Shown here: piece by piece, positions 11,799 through 26,735 of the stretch
Layout of the letters: each line of letters starts with the position of its first letter
How positions within the stretch are numbered: the first letter of the stretch is position 1
The notes under the pieces: generated by a model
Seen by the model: only the letters and a program-made list of their open reading frames with translations
What the model was told of the DNA's origin: nothing
Database searches by the model: none
Assembly (NCBI GenBank): GCA_951406725.2
Contig: OX597830.1
Coordinates: 54,498,001-54,562,000, forward strand
Direction of reading: 5' to 3'
DNA length: 64,000 nt
Source of the DNA: Octopus vulgaris
Taxonomy: Eukaryota
Made by a program: the position numbers and the translations under genes

Positions 11799-14450
11799 CT
11801 TGTTTTATTTATATTTCCTGAGCGCCATACTAATACAATTCTTTGTTTGTTTTCCACCTGCCTTCGTCTTTTGTCTATTTTCATAAAGCTTCCCGTTATA
11901 TATATATATATTTACACACACACACACACACACACTCATACACATTCACACACACACTCACAATTGCATGTACAAACACTTGGCTCTACAAACCAGAGAA
12001 AGAAGATTCATTATGTAAAGCAGAGTATGTATCATCATCATCATTATTTAACGTCCGTTGCCCATGCTGGCATGGTTTACAATCTTTTATTCACAGAGAA
12101 CTATAGCAGAAACTAAGGAGCACAGACTTTCATGCCAAGGGGTCTAGGCTCATGAGTGACATTTGTAGCCCCCTCAACAAATAATATATCATCATCATTG
12201 TCGTTTTATCCTCTGCTTCTCCAAGCTTGTACTGATCAGAAGGAGTTTATCAGGGTAGATTTACTATAGCTGAATGCCCTTCTTATCACCAGCCCATACC
12301 AAACAAAATAATATTTCTTATGGCCAAAGTAATATTTTTCTCGTGTTTTCACACAATATTGAAAGTGAATAATGCTGCTTGTATGACAATAGCACCTGTT
12401 TATATCTACAAGTGATTACAGAGGCACCTAAAACAATTAGTGAAAGTGTGATACAATCTACCAAGTTATACTCACTCATGAGTGACGTGGTAGCATGTAA
12501 GCTTGACCCAGGGGCTAAACAACAACAGCAGCAGTGGCGGCGGCGACCACTACCACTGGAGCAACAACCAGAATCAAACTCAAGACCTTACGATTATAAG
12601 CCAAATACTCTAACCACTAAGCCACAGACCTTCACACTACTACTACTACTACTACTACTAACTATATGTGTCACTGGACAACGCAGTGACAATATAATCT
12701 GCTGCATGTATTCTATAGACTTCCTTGATCATAACTGACCCGGGGCTAAACAGCAACAACAACTAACTAGATATGGTCTGGAAGATTACACAGCAACAGG
12801 CCACAAACTGTCAGTAACAAACACAGATTGATTACATAGTAATAGGTTTTCTGTCAACTGACACAAGTATTTACATAGTATGATATTACACAAAACAATA
12901 TCACTTTTTGTAGTTTCAATGCAGACAATAAGCAGAATTGTTAGTGTGCTGGGCTGGGCAAAATGCTTAGTGGCATGTCACTTGTCGTTATGTTCTCTGA
13001 GTTTAAATTCCGCCAAGGTTGACTTTGCCTTTTGTCCTTTCAAGGTCGATAAGATAAGTACCAGTTGAACACTGGGATCAATGTAATTGACTCATCCTTT
13101 CCCCCCAAAATTGCTGCCCATGTGGCAAAATTTGAAACCCTTATTATTAGTATTATTTTATGTTTGACTTTTGCTTTACATTTGCACAAGTTGGTTCCAA
13201 GTCTCATCCAGAGACCTCAAGAGACAACAAGTTGGAAGTTCACATTGGTGTTATGCCTAGGGTGCCATATCTTTGGTTTTGTACATAGTGTTGTTCTAGA
13301 GAATGTTTAAGAAACCATAAGAAAATTATGTTTGTTTTAAAACTTGAGATTATATAGAAAGTATTTTGCATAGGATATGAGCAGTTCCCAAGAGCACTAT
13401 CTTTTGAATTTCTGCCATTTTGGGGTTTCGGTGGGTTTATTATCATCATTATTATTATTATTATTGCTTTGTTTTATAAGAGTTGTTCCAAGTCTCACCC
13501 AGAGATCTCAAGTAATAGCAAGTTGGATGTTTATTGTTAAATTTCAGTTTTGAAAGAGTTTGAAGAGAATCAGTATTTTCACGTTGACAAATCCTAAGAC
13601 ACGGACTTTGGAATGGGAAAACGGTAAAGGTTGGGCCTATAATAATTGTTTCATTGGGAACCAAATATTATACATAGTGAAATGGGTGAAGGAGATTGGA
13701 ATAGAATATCCAGAGATATTCGACAGAAAGTTTGCCTCTTGGGGACAGGAAAAATTATCAGGAGGATTCTAAGCACTTGAAAGTCTATTGAAAGTTACTG
13801 GATACCTAAGGTTACAGGTAGTAACCCACTACCCACATATATCCTGCCAGGTATAATACTGAACTGAGTCAAATCAATAATAATAGTAATGGTTTCAAAT
13901 TTTGGCACAAGCCCAGGAATTTCAGGGTGAGAGTAAATTGATTACATCAGCCCCAGTGTTCAACTGGTGCTTATGTTATTGACTCTGAAAGGACGAAAGG
14001 CAAAAGACAACCTAAGCAGCACTTGAACTCAGAATATAAAGACAAATGAAATGCTGCTAAGCATTTTGTCTGGTGTGCTAACGATTCTGGATTTGAACTC
14101 AGAACATAAAGTTTAGCTGGATTTAAACTCAGAACATGAAGAACTGGGTACAAGACCACACAAAATGGCACAAGGGGATGTAGTCTGTAAAATCAACCAC
14201 AGTACATTGTTGGTATTTTATCATATTGAAGAATGGCAGATAGAGTTCAGATGTAGGATTTGAATTTCTAAAGAGCCATAGACTAAAAAAGCAGCAGATA
14301 ATATAATGTCTGATTCTACAAACCTTTTTATTCTCATATTACAGCTTGTGTTCTTAAGACAAACGTGACCATCATAACTTTGTTAATCTTTCTTAAACAT
14401 CTTTAATCTTCCTTAAACGTTTCATGCCAATATCATAAATCATTATGTTG

Positions 14451-14499
<49 letters not shown>

Positions 14500-14607
14500 C
14501 ACTTAGTACAAATAAAAATACACACACACATACTGAAACACACATACATACACCCATATGTGCATACATGTACATACACGCGCACATGCACACACACACA
14601 CAGATAA

Positions 14608-14645
<38 letters not shown>

Positions 14646-15160
14646 AAAGTGAGTGAAAGAAAGAGAGAAGAAGGAGCACACAAACACGTACAAATATTCA
14701 CATACATATGTATGTACAGGTTCACAGAACCTACATCTCCTTCCACACACACACACCCATCTCAGAACAATTACTGCAAGCCATTTGTCGAAAAATTTAA
14801 CAGTTCTGTCCAATCACCAACACCACCACTTTAACAGAAAATAATAATTATACCTAACATAGAAAGAGTGCAGCAGCAGCAGCTGCCACCACCACCACCA
14901 CTACCACCACCACCATCATCATCATCATCATTATTATTACAATTATTATTATTATTGTTATTATTAAGGCAGCGAGCTGGCAGAATTGTTAGCACACTGA
15001 ATGAAATGCTTAGCAGTATTTCACCCATTGCTCCGTTCTGAGTTCAAATTCTGCTGAGATTGACTTTGCCTTTTATCCTTTCGGGGTTGATAAATTAAGT
15101 ACCAGTGAAACACTGGTCCCCGCCCTCCAAATTTGAGGCCTTGTGCCTTCAGTAAAAAGG

Positions 15161-15222
<62 letters not shown>

Positions 15223-15421
15223 GGCAGCAAGCTGGTTGAATTGTTAGCACACTGCTTAGCAATATTTTACCAGTTGCTCCATTCTGAGTTCAAATTCTGC
15301 CGAGGTTGACTTTACCTTTCATCCTTTCAGGGTCAATAAAATAAAATCAGTTGAACACTGGGGTTGATGTAATTGACTCATCCCCTCCCATAAAATTGCT
15401 ACCTTTGTGGCAAAATTTGAA

Positions 15422-15475
<54 letters not shown>

Positions 15476-15688
15476 TTTAAGGTAGCGAGCTGGCAGAATC
15501 CTTAGCATGCTAGGCATAATGCTTAGTGGCATTTTGTCCGTCTTTATGTTCTGGGTTCAAATTCCAATGGGGTTGTCTTTGCCTTTCATCCTTTTGCAAT
15601 CAATAAAAATAAGTACCAGTTGAGTACTGGGGGTCAATATAATCAACTTTTCCCTCCCCCAAAATTACTGGCCTTGTACCAAAATTTG

Positions 15689-15736
<48 letters not shown>

Positions 15737-16086
15737 GGTTGTTTACATGTATTTGCATCAGCTCTCAATGGTTTGATTAATTTTGTTGGAAATGACCTGA
15801 TTACCTTCATTAATTTTTGTCAGAACTTTAAATAAACCCCACCCCCACTCTGCTCAATTCCCTAATGAAGGTGGGCACTGCCAAATTGTACCTTAAAGGA
15901 CATAATTGTTATGATGCAGTTTTTCCTCACATTTGTTTTTTTTTTTCTTTTATTTATTTTTGCCTCAAAATTATGATGAGGTTAAAAGCCTACAAATTGT
16001 GTGAATGAAGAGCAGGAGATCCTCCCACAACCACCAGCTTCCTCAGAGAGTGGAGTCTCCACAATACCACAACCATCTCCATTACT

Positions 16087-16118
<32 letters not shown>

Positions 16119-16539
16119 CAACAACAAGAACAATGTTAACAAAATCAAGGTAAACAACAGCAATGCTTGCAAGGGGGGGGGGAAACAGTTATGATTCCAA
16201 CTCACATGCCAGCAAACAAAAGTAGTAGCAGCAACAGCAACCATCACCACCATCACCACGGCAACAATAGCAGCAGTGACAACAACAACAACGACAACGA
16301 CAAAAGCAACAGTAACAACAACAACAGCAACAATAGCAACAGCAGCAGTAAAAAAAAACAATAATAAGAATAAGAACATTAATAACAAAGAAGATAGAGA
16401 GTTGTGGAGGCAAGTTCTTGGATAGACAATCTTTTGCTGGGTTGGCAGCATAAATAATGCAGTTCTTTAAGCTCTTATTAAGTGATAAGGAGAGAAGATC
16501 CTCAGGGGGCTAAACAATTAGTAAAGCTGAATGGGAGAA

Positions 16540-17150
16540 GAGCACAAATTGTTATCCCAGCTGAGGTCTTAGCAGCAATGGCCAGAAAGAGGGTCTCCAT
16601 TTGCTGTATGTTGGCTAAAACCTGACATTTGGAATCAGTGACACAAGTGACCCAGATGGTAAGAGCCCTGGAAGAAATAGGAGCAGATATAGATCATGTG
16701 TCAAAGTTGAGACAATTCAAGAGCTTCAAGGTCCTTTTCAAGAGTGATGCATTCATATTGAATCACTCCATGGCTTTTCTACAAGTAAGAAATTTTATCC
16801 TTTACCCACTCTATTTAGAGATGAGAGCCTTTTGAGTTAAGATAGAAAGAGTCCCACCTGAGTTGAACATCTGGTGGTTGCTAGCATGTATCACTCTGAA
16901 GGGCAGTGAAATACTACTTGACGTGAATGGAGAAGGAGTTTTGGTTTAGGACCACAGTGGAAATCCTCCTCCTGATCAAACCAAAGCAAGTGGAGAAGAT
17001 TGCAGACCTAATCCACCAGCACAGTGGAGTACGGCTGCAAACTGCAGTTGAGGGCAGAAAGCCAAGATATCACCTATGTGTTGCAGAAGGCTACTTCAAG
17101 GTTTTCTGCCCTTAACAAAAAACAGATGAAAGGTTGTTCCCACTGCTGCC
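16540..17150 (+). mobile_element. Degenerate L1/Tx1-type ORF1 relic
   Basis: Broken ORFs include VKIERVPPE and VEGRKPRYHLCVAEGYFKVFCP, a decayed CX2CX4HX4C knuckle preceded by G..P, as in Tx1/L1 ORF1. Confidence 0.45.
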
Positions 17151-18255
17151 AACACTACAGTTCCGACAACAGCGAAAGTGTACAGCAATAGTAGCACCAG
17201 CAGTTGTTGATTGACTCGTACTTTATACTCTTTTCTGCTCTAGTCACAAGGCCCGAAATTTTGGGGGAGGGAGCCAGTTGATTAGACCGATTAGAACTAG
17301 TGCTTAATTCATCAATCCCAAAAGGATGAAAGGCAAAGTCGACCTTGGTGGAATTTGAACTCATAACATAAAGACAGACAAAATACCTATTTCTTTACTG
17401 CCCACAAGGGGCTAAACACAGAAGGGACAAACAAGGACAGACAAATGGATTAAGTCGATTATATCGACCCCAGTGCATAACTGGTACTTATTTAATTGAC
17501 CCTGAAAGGATGAAAGGCAAAGTCGACCTCGGCGGAATTTGAACTCAGAATGTAGAGGCAGACAAAATACCTATTTCTTTATTACCCACAAGGGGCTAAA
17601 CATAGAGGGGACAAACAAGGACAGACATAGGTATTAAGTCGATTACATCGACCCCCAGTGCGTAACTGGTACTTAATTTATCAACCCCGAAAGGATGAAA
17701 GGCAAAGTCGACCTCGGCGGAATTTGAACTCAGAACGTAGAGACAGACAAAATACCACTAAGCATTTCACCCGGTGTGCTAATGTTTCTGCCATCTCGAC
17801 GCCTTACTTGAACTTTATATTATTAACCTGGCAGTGATGAAAGGCAAAGTTATCCTCATCAGGATTTGAACTCAGAATGTAAAGAGCTATCATGATTTCG
17901 CTGATGTGATCATCTATTTTTAGACTGACATTGTAGAGTAGGTGTGAAAGGCCAGGTCTGGCCACTTTTAAAACAGGTAGAATATTTAGACAAGATATAG
18001 CTAGTTTAAATACTGACAGGTTAATTCTTTTGATACCAATCACCTGATATTGTGAAACAGACTTCCTGCTTTGAAGTAACTGAAATTACAACTTTCCATC
18101 AAGATTTCATGTTAATTCATATTCTAAACACCAGATCAATAATGACAAGATTTATTAAACTAAATTCTTCATTGTGTTCAAAATTATTTAACACAATGGC
18201 AGTATATTTCAACAGAAATATGTTACGAAAAGTGTTAAATATTAATATATTTAAT

Positions 18256-18660
18256 GGAGTGGCTGTGTGGTAAGTAGCTTGTTTACCAACCACATGGTTC
18301 CCGGGTTCAGTCCCACTGCGTGGCACCTTGGGCAAGTGTCTTCTACTATAGCCTCAGGCTGACCAAAGCCTTGTGAGTGGATTTGGTAGACGGAAACTGA
18401 AAGAAGCCCGTCGTATATATGTATATATATGTGTGTGTGTGTTTGTGTGTCTGTGTTTGTCCCCCTAGCATTGCTTGACAACCGATGCTGGTGTGTTTAT
18501 GTCCCCGTTACTTAGCGGTTCGGCAAAAGAGACCGATAGAATAAGTACTGGGCTTACAAAAGAATAAGTCCCGGGGTCGAGTTGCTCGATTAAAGGCGGT
18601 GCTCCAGCATGGCCGCAGTCAAATGACTGAAACAAGTAAAAGAGTAAAAGAGTAAAAGAG
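18256..18660 (+). mobile_element. tRNA-derived SINE family A (CORE-like), full-length representative
   Basis: A/B-box-like head TGGCTGTGTGGTAAG...GGTTCAGTCCC, CORE-like CCTTGGGCAAGT, internal TA/TG microsatellite, (GAGTAAAA)n tail. Other copies near 2949-3250(-), 7011-7890(+), 8912-9140(-), 10350-10650(-), 20284-20680(+), 22661-23075(-), 25390-25787(-) and 59290-59640(+). Confidence 0.9.
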
Positions 18661-19226
18661 TATAACTGGTTTAAAATGAAGACAACAATCTAATATAAAC
18701 TGCTGCCAGACATTACACAGGCAAGTTTTTCTAAGGAAATCCCAGCTGTTTCATGTATCAGATTTCTTTTAAAAAGTTTACCGTTCTCTCTGAGTCTATT
18801 GTCATGTTGCCTCTATTATTGTGCTATTACTAACTACAAGGTTATTCATCTTCACACGCCAGCAAATTAACAATTTTTTTTAATTGCAGTAACCTTCCTT
18901 TTATATATTTATTCATGAAATATCAGTAAGATGCACACATTAATTATATCTGCATTATAGTGCACCACCAAGGTTTGTGAATTGTGGTATTATAGTCATT
19001 GTTGCTGCTACTGCTGCTGTCGGTGCTGTTTAAATCTAGATCATCCATAATTGGGTAGACATGGAATGAAAGACATTCCAGTTGTGACCACCCAGTATTT
19101 TTGTTGTGTATATTAGTGTGTATATCATTGTTTACACTATATGAATCCTTCTTTAGTTAACATGGTGTAGTTTGATTTGAGGGAAATTTAGCTGCTATTT
19201 CTAACTGATCAAGTAACCATGTAGAG

Positions 19227-19513
19227 CAGTGGTTCTCAAACTTTTTCAGGCTGCTGCCCCCATGACACCTAGGTCACATTCCTAGCGACCCCCCCCCTCA
19301 AACTAACCATCACAAACGTAGACTTCTTTCTGAAGCAAATTCAAAGCATCTGTATTCCACAAACAAAACTTAACCTAATCAACTCATTATTTTATTGTTT
19401 TTACATGAATAGCTACCCCATTATCACTCCAATTTACTATTTTGCTGACGTGGGCCCCCAAAAATCTTATATAGATCCTTGGGATTCATGTGGCCCCTGG
19501 TTGAGAACCACCA
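19227..19513. mobile_element. hAT/Charlie-like MITE
   Basis: TIRs CAGTGGTTCTCAA / TTGAGAACCAC; no clear TSD. Confidence 0.65.
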
Positions 19514-21898
19514 TACTAGATGGTAATGTTAAACAGGACAACTGATTAAGTGTACCATCTCAGTAGGCCATGCTGGGACTTGAACACAGAACACAAAGAG
19601 CTGGAACAAATACTACAAATGCAAGACATCTAGTCTGATGTTTTTACTCTTCTGCAATCCATCTCTTCAGACTGACATTTTTTATCAATTCCTTATGTCC
19701 TCACCGCCAAAAGGTTTAATCTTCTATCATTCGGATTACTCTGTCAAGTGTAATACTGTTTATTTACTTATATTGTTTACAATTAATCAGGCATTATCTT
19801 TTAGCTTCAAGATTTTGAATGATATGATTGTTTATTTTTAGAATGATGTTGTTGTTGTAGGGTAGGTATATAAGGCTGGATCTGGCTGGTATGAACATAA
19901 AACAGGTAGAATATTTAGGCCAGATATGGCTGGTTCAAATACTAAAAGGTTAAAGGCAAAGTTGACCATGGTGGTGTCTGAACTCAGAGCCTAAAGGATC
20001 GGATGAAAAACTATGAGATATTTCATGTTCTAATGGCACTGCCACAGATTAAATCTACCACCAATGTAGGGATTTGAACACAGAGAACTAAAACAAATAG
20101 AAGCCATGAGGTCTAACATTCTTACAGTTTGACCAATCCATTGTGTTGGATTGGTGCTTTATTTTTGTCAACTGCAAAAGGCTGCAAAGCAAAATTGATT
20201 TTAGTGTGATTTGAACCCAATACCTAAAAGATCAGAACAGCAATTATAAAATAACCTATCCAATCCTCTAATGTCACTACCAACTGTGGCTGTGTTGAAA
20301 GAATTTTGCTGCTAACCACATAGTTCTGGGTTCAGTTCCACTGTGTGACCCCTTGGGCAAGTGTCTCCAACTATAGCCCTGGGCCAACCAAGGTCTTGCA
20401 TGGATTTGATAGATAGAAACTGAAAAAAAAAACCATCGTGTATGTATGTGTGAGTGTATATAAATATAAGCATGTGTCTCTGTCTGTCTTTGTGTTTGTC
20501 TCCCATTACCACTTGACAACCAGAGTTGGTTTGTTGACATCTGCATAATTTAACACTTTGGCAAGAAAGACCAATAAAATATATATCAGGCTTAAAAAAA
20601 GAAAAAATTAGTACTGTGGTCAACATCTTCATCTAAACCCTTCAAGGTAGTGCCCCAGCATGGCTGCAGTCCAATGAAACACGTTTTATTTACTATTTTG
20701 CACGTTACTTAATCATTGTTATATGTTTTATCTTATATTTAATCTTTCTATAAGATGTAATTTTTCTAAATGGTATAATTTAATTTTTCATTATTGAATT
20801 GATAAAAGGTGTTTTTTTTTTCTAATTTATATATATATATTTTATTTTGTGAAATTTGATTTAGTATTTCTAAATTGAATTTTTCCCTGTAAGTTTGGAA
20901 TAATATTCCTTCATATTATTATTATTATTATTTTCATGATATATATATATATATATACAAATTCGTGAACAGCATTGAAAGAACTTTAACTAATAAACAA
21001 CCAATTGATTGATTAACCAGCTCATTAAACAAATGATCATTTAATTAGTTGCTGTGCCTAAGGAGAGACATTAAGGCAATATTGTGAAGACATGCACTGG
21101 TTCAATACCACTCCATTATTATCATTCAGTTGGTTAAATCTCCAACTAACTAATCGATTGAAGGGTTTAGATGAACATATTGATCCCAGTAAGTCGTTTG
21201 CTTTGTTAAACAAACAATCAATTAGTTAATTGACTAATAATAAAGGAGTAGAACTGAACCACTGCATGCATTGATATTGGAATAGTGATTCTGCCTAGAT
21301 ACAATAAAATTTGCTTCAACACTCAAATTCACATAAAGAATGTTGCAAGCCAAATGCAAAAACAAATTAGTCAGATAGTTAACCAGTTGACTAACAATAA
21401 AGAAGTGGAACTGAACCTCTCTGTGCGTGCATTATTATTATTGGCACAATGGCTCTCACAAGACGCAACAAAATTTGTTTCAACAAACATACATCAAGAA
21501 TCTTGCAAACCAAATACACACACACACACACACACACACACATCCCAAAAATAAAACAAGTAAGTGAATCAACGATACAAATAAATATATAAAAATAGAG
21601 TTAATTCAATGGTTTACGTAACAGGGGAAGTTCTCTGATCTACTGACAGCTTGTCTTCTCGGGATGGTTATTCCTGAAAGGTCGTAGTAACAAATGGTGA
21701 AGAATTTATCTGGAAGTTATTGAGGGTGAATATAATAATAGAATGGTGCTTATCACCGAAATGATAGAATGTAAGAGTTCTTAAAGTTTAGGGTTTGAAT
21801 GTTTATTATGTTGTCCTTCATCTCCAGACATAATTGGATGTGTTTTATAACAGGAATTGGTGAAGGATAAACCATTTACTCTCTCTGCATACAGTTAT

Positions 21899-21953
<55 letters not shown>

Positions 21954-22858
21954 CATACGCACATACATATATTCACACACATACTTATTTTTAGATTATT
22001 TAAAATGTGTAACTTATACTATAAGGAATTTTGTACACTACCTCCACTCACTCTCTTTTTCTCTCTCACATACACACATACACACACACACACACTCACA
22101 CACCCCGTACATGCACACACTCACACTTGCACAAACATACAAACACATTCACACTTGCTCTCTTTCACACACACACACACACACACACAAACCATACACA
22201 CACACACATGCATTCTCCCCACAGTCACACCCACTCACACACATATATTGACCTTCACACCCACACACACATACCTTCATTATCCTTGGCATTTTACATG
22301 CACTTTTCCATTCCAACTAATGTTGGATGAGGGAGGCTGATTGCTGAAAGAACCCCTCCCCGCAAACACCCAACAACTTCAGGAAACATCACTGTTAACC
22401 CTTTTTGGTATAATATTTCTGATGAAAGCACTGACTTCGTTACAATTAATTTTGAAAATAACGAAGAAACAAGTTAAATAGCTTTACTAAATTTGTGTTT
22501 GAAATGTAAGTTAATATGAAAGTCTGATGGAAGATTTTATTTTAGATTGCTTTACAAAAGCAAATTTGTATCCTAGAATTAAGGGCAGTCTTGGATGGTT
22601 TGATAGTAAAAAGGTAAAGGTGTCCAGGTGAGTCACAAAATGATGTATGAGAACACATGTACTCTTTTACTCTTTTACTTGTTTCAGTCATTTGACTGCA
22701 GCCATGCTGGAGCACCGTCTTTAGTTGAGCAAATCAACCCCAGGACTTATTCTTTGGAAGCCTAGTACTTATTCTATCGGTCTCTTTTGCCGACTAAGTT
22801 ACGGGGACGTAAACACACCAGCATTGGTTGTCAAGCAATGTTGGGGGGACAAACACAG

Positions 22859-22922
<64 letters not shown>

Positions 22923-23419
22923 GACAGGCTTCTTTCAGTTTCCATCTACCAAATTCACTCACAAGGCTTTGGTTGGCCCGAGGCTATAGTAGAAGACACT
23001 TGCCCAAGGTGCCACACAGTGGGACTGAACCCAGAACCATGTGGTTGGTAGGCAAGCTACTTACCATACAGCCACTATTACAAATTACACAGATGAGAAT
23101 GTGGGGAGAGGATGGGACAGTGTGAGTGTGCATCAAATTAAACCTTCATCATCATCATCACTGTCATTGTTGTCATCATTTTAATGTCTACATCTCTTTG
23201 CTTGCACAAGTCAGATGGAATTTACTTGGGCAGATTTTCTATGAATGGATGCCCTTCCTAATGCTAACTACTTTACAGTGTACTGGATGCTTCTTTCATG
23301 AAGTCATCAAGTAATTTGTAGGACAAAAACAAGACCCATGACTGAGTGGGGTTGTAGTAGGAGGGGGGGGCACTAAGAAAATTTTACCAAACACCATAAT
23401 GTAAATGAGCAAGACACGA

Positions 23420-24018
23420 CAGTGTGCATACACGACAGAATGTAAGTGCCCTAAGAGAAAAGTTGGACATAAGAAGCATCATATATGGTGTGCAAGAGAG
23501 ACAACTGCACTGGTATGGTCATGTGTTGCATATGGATGAGGACAGTAGTGTGAAGAAGTGTCACACCCTAGCAGATGAGGAAACCTGTGGAAGAGGTAGA
23601 CCCAAGAAAACCTGGGATGAGGTGGTGAAGCACGACCTTTGAACGTTGGGCCTCACAGAGGCAATGACAAGTGACTGATACCTTTAGAGATATGCTGTGC
23701 TTGTGAAGACCCAGCAAGCCAAGTGAGACTGTAGCCATGGCCAGTGCTGCCTGACTGGCTTCTGTGCCGGTGGCACATAAAAAGTAGCTTTCAAGCATGG
23801 TTGATGCCAGTGCTGCTTGATTAGCCTCCATGCCAGTGGCACGTAAAAAGCACCCATTACACTCTTGGAGTGGTTGGCATTAGGAAGGGCATCCAGCTGT
23901 AGAAACCTTGCCAGATCAGATTGGAGCCTGGTGCAGCCTCCAGGCTTGCAGTCCTCAGTCAAGCCATCCAACCCATACCAGCATGGAAAGCAGACATTAA
24001 ATGATGATGATGATGATG
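23420..24018 (+). mobile_element. RTE LINE 3' end with 3'UTR and (GAT)n tail
   Basis: RQLHWYGHVLHM...GRGRPKKTW C-terminal motif. The same 3'UTR recurs at about 10770-10957 (+), 33357-33603 (-) and 60678-61110 (-). Confidence 0.8.
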
Positions 24019-24088
24019 TTGACAACAGCAGCTGCAGGAATGCCAGTTCCCATATTCCTTCCTTTGTCTGTTGCCTCTCCCTCCCCCC

Positions 24089-24146
<58 letters not shown>

Positions 24147-25604
24147 TGCAGTTTCTCACTCTCTATTATCCACATCATCTAGTTCTCTGAAAGACAGATA
24201 GAATTCAGGCTGTGATTATTTGTTACATTCTTCATCTGCTCAATATTCTTAAAGAGTCAGCTAACTCAGGAATTCATCTATTCTTCTGTCTATTTTTACC
24301 TTCTGACAAAATTCAGCTACCGCTATCACAGCTCAAGGAGCCATGCACTCCGTTAATGAATGTTCAAATATTTTATTGACGCATGATGTGTACAGACATC
24401 ATCATAATCAACAATAACATTTAATGTCCTTTATTCCATGCTAGCATGGGTTGGACAGCTTGGTAGGCCAGGTTCCATGGTCTGTCTTGGCTTTGCCTTC
24501 TACAGCTTAATGCCCTTCCTAACTCCAACTACTTCACAAAGTATACTAGGTGCTTTTTATATGGCACTCACCAGTTTGGTTTTTATTCTTTTCTATTCAA
24601 GGAACAAGGCCCGAAATTTCTAGGGAGGGGCCAGTCAATTACATCGACCCCAGTATGCAACTGGTACTTAATTTATCGACCCCAAAAGGATGAAAGGCAA
24701 AGTCAACCTCGGAGGAATTAGAACTCAAAACGTAAAGACAGACAAAATACCTATTTCTTTACTACCCACAAGGGGCTAAACACAGCCAGGACAAGCAAGG
24801 ACAGACAAAGGGATTAAGTCAATTACACCAGTACGTAACTGGTACTTAATTTATCGACCCTGAAAGGATGAAAGGCAAAGTCAACCTTGGTAGAATTAGA
24901 ACTCGGAATGTAAAGACAGACAAAATACCGCTAAGCATATTGCTTAGCATGCTAACATTTCTGCCAGCTCGCCGCCTTCCAGTTTGGTTTTTATGTGGAT
25001 CCAACACCAGTGCTTTTTACATGGTAATAGTACCCACACTAATGTTTTTTTACCTTAATAAATGCCATTCTGATTTCTTGATTGCCATTAAATAAATACA
25101 CCTCATCAAAGTGTTTCCTCATTTAGAAAATGTTAAGATCAAGTCAGTTATGAATGACCAATCTATGCAAGCTTACAGCTTTAAGAATCTGAATTTCTTA
25201 AGAATATTCCCAAACGTTACTTTGGTGCAATTTGTAGCACACCATTAACACTTTTGAAATATGCTGCCTTTGTTTCAATTGATTTTTAAAATAATGAAGA
25301 ATTTTGTAAAAAGAGCTTGTTTGTTGTTAACCTTTACATTACTACACTTATATTGAAATACACTGCCTATGTTTTAATTACGAAAAAATTTACTCTTTTA
25401 CTCTTTTACTTGTTTCAGCCATTTGACTCTGACCATGCTGGAGCACTGCCTTTTAGTCGAGCAAATCGACCCCAGGACTTATTCTTTGTAAGCCTAGTAC
25501 TTATTCTATTGGTCTCTTTTGCTGAACTGCTAAGTTATGGGGGACGTAAACACACCAGCATCGGTTGTCAAGCAATGCTGGGGGGGACAAACACATACAC
25601 ACAA

Positions 25605-25651
<47 letters not shown>

Positions 25652-26343
25652 TACGACAGGCTTCTTTCAGTTTCTGTGTACCAAATCCACTCACAAGGCT
25701 TTGGTTGGCCCGAGCCTATAGCAGACAACACTTGTCCAAGGTGCCACACAGTGGGACTGAACCCGGAACCATGTGGTTCATAAGCAAATAGACTTGTGTT
25801 TTTATAGCATAAATTAACATGGAATTTTAAAGGAAGGTTTTAATTTAAATCACTTTAAAACAGAAAGTTTTGTATCATAGAACCGGTGATTGTCTTAGGC
25901 AGGTTGGTACCAAAGGGTTTAAGAAAATTTTCAAAGACTACTTTGGTGCAATTGGCAATATATTTGCTCACTTAGTAATCACTTTATAGAGTATACTCGG
26001 TGTTTTGTATTGGTGGTGCCAGCACTAATGAGGTTGGCTTCTATCCCATATTGCTATCTTATCTGCATGTGTATATTTTTGCAAATGCATGAGTGTGTAT
26101 TTTCCTTCAGTGTCAAAACATATTGTTGCCATAAGAGGCTGAATGTCCAGTCAACCATGCCAAATCTTCAGTGTCCAAAGAACAACATTGCAGGGTGAAG
26201 AGCAGAGCGAGCAATGACAAGACAAGCCGGGAGACAGGACACAATTTGAAAAAGTATGATAATAAAAGCTTGTTGATTGAAGAGGGAAAGGGAACCAGGT
26301 AGAAGAGGCAGAGGAGAGTGAACTAGGTAAAGGTGGATAGACA

Positions 26344-26735
26344 TCTATATATACAAAGCTGAAGTTGTCTGTGTATGGCAGGTTTGGTAGCCTTCAACTA
26401 ACACTATCTCCTCCGAGACCCTGCGGTGCAAGTTGACCAAAATTGAGAGTATGATAGAAGAAGGCTTGCTCTTCAATCCTTAGAAGATAAAATTTAAATC
26501 GGACCATGTTAACACCAAAAATTATTTACATCAAAAAGGTGCTTTTTTTCTATGAAAATCCCTATTTTTTTTACTATTTTTTGACTGCTGTGTTGCCATT
26601 TTTCGGTATATTTCAACCAGAAAAATGTTCACTTAAAGAGAATAACAAGCTACATAATGCAAAATTTTTACTATTCAAAAATCCCAATTCTAAAGGGTCG
26701 AAACAAACCCAAGGAATGCCGGGCAATACTGCTAG
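26344..26735 (+). mobile_element. Non-autonomous Helitron
   Basis: A|TCTATATATAC...CCCAAGGAATGCCGGG CAATACTG CTAG|T: TC start, subterminal hairpin remnant, CTAG end, A/T target, no TSD. Confidence 0.8.

Noticed and set aside
15990-16451. Hydrophobic 153-aa ORF / poly-N,S,H ORF
   Set aside because: Mixed (CAA/CAG/CAC)n trinucleotide repeats.
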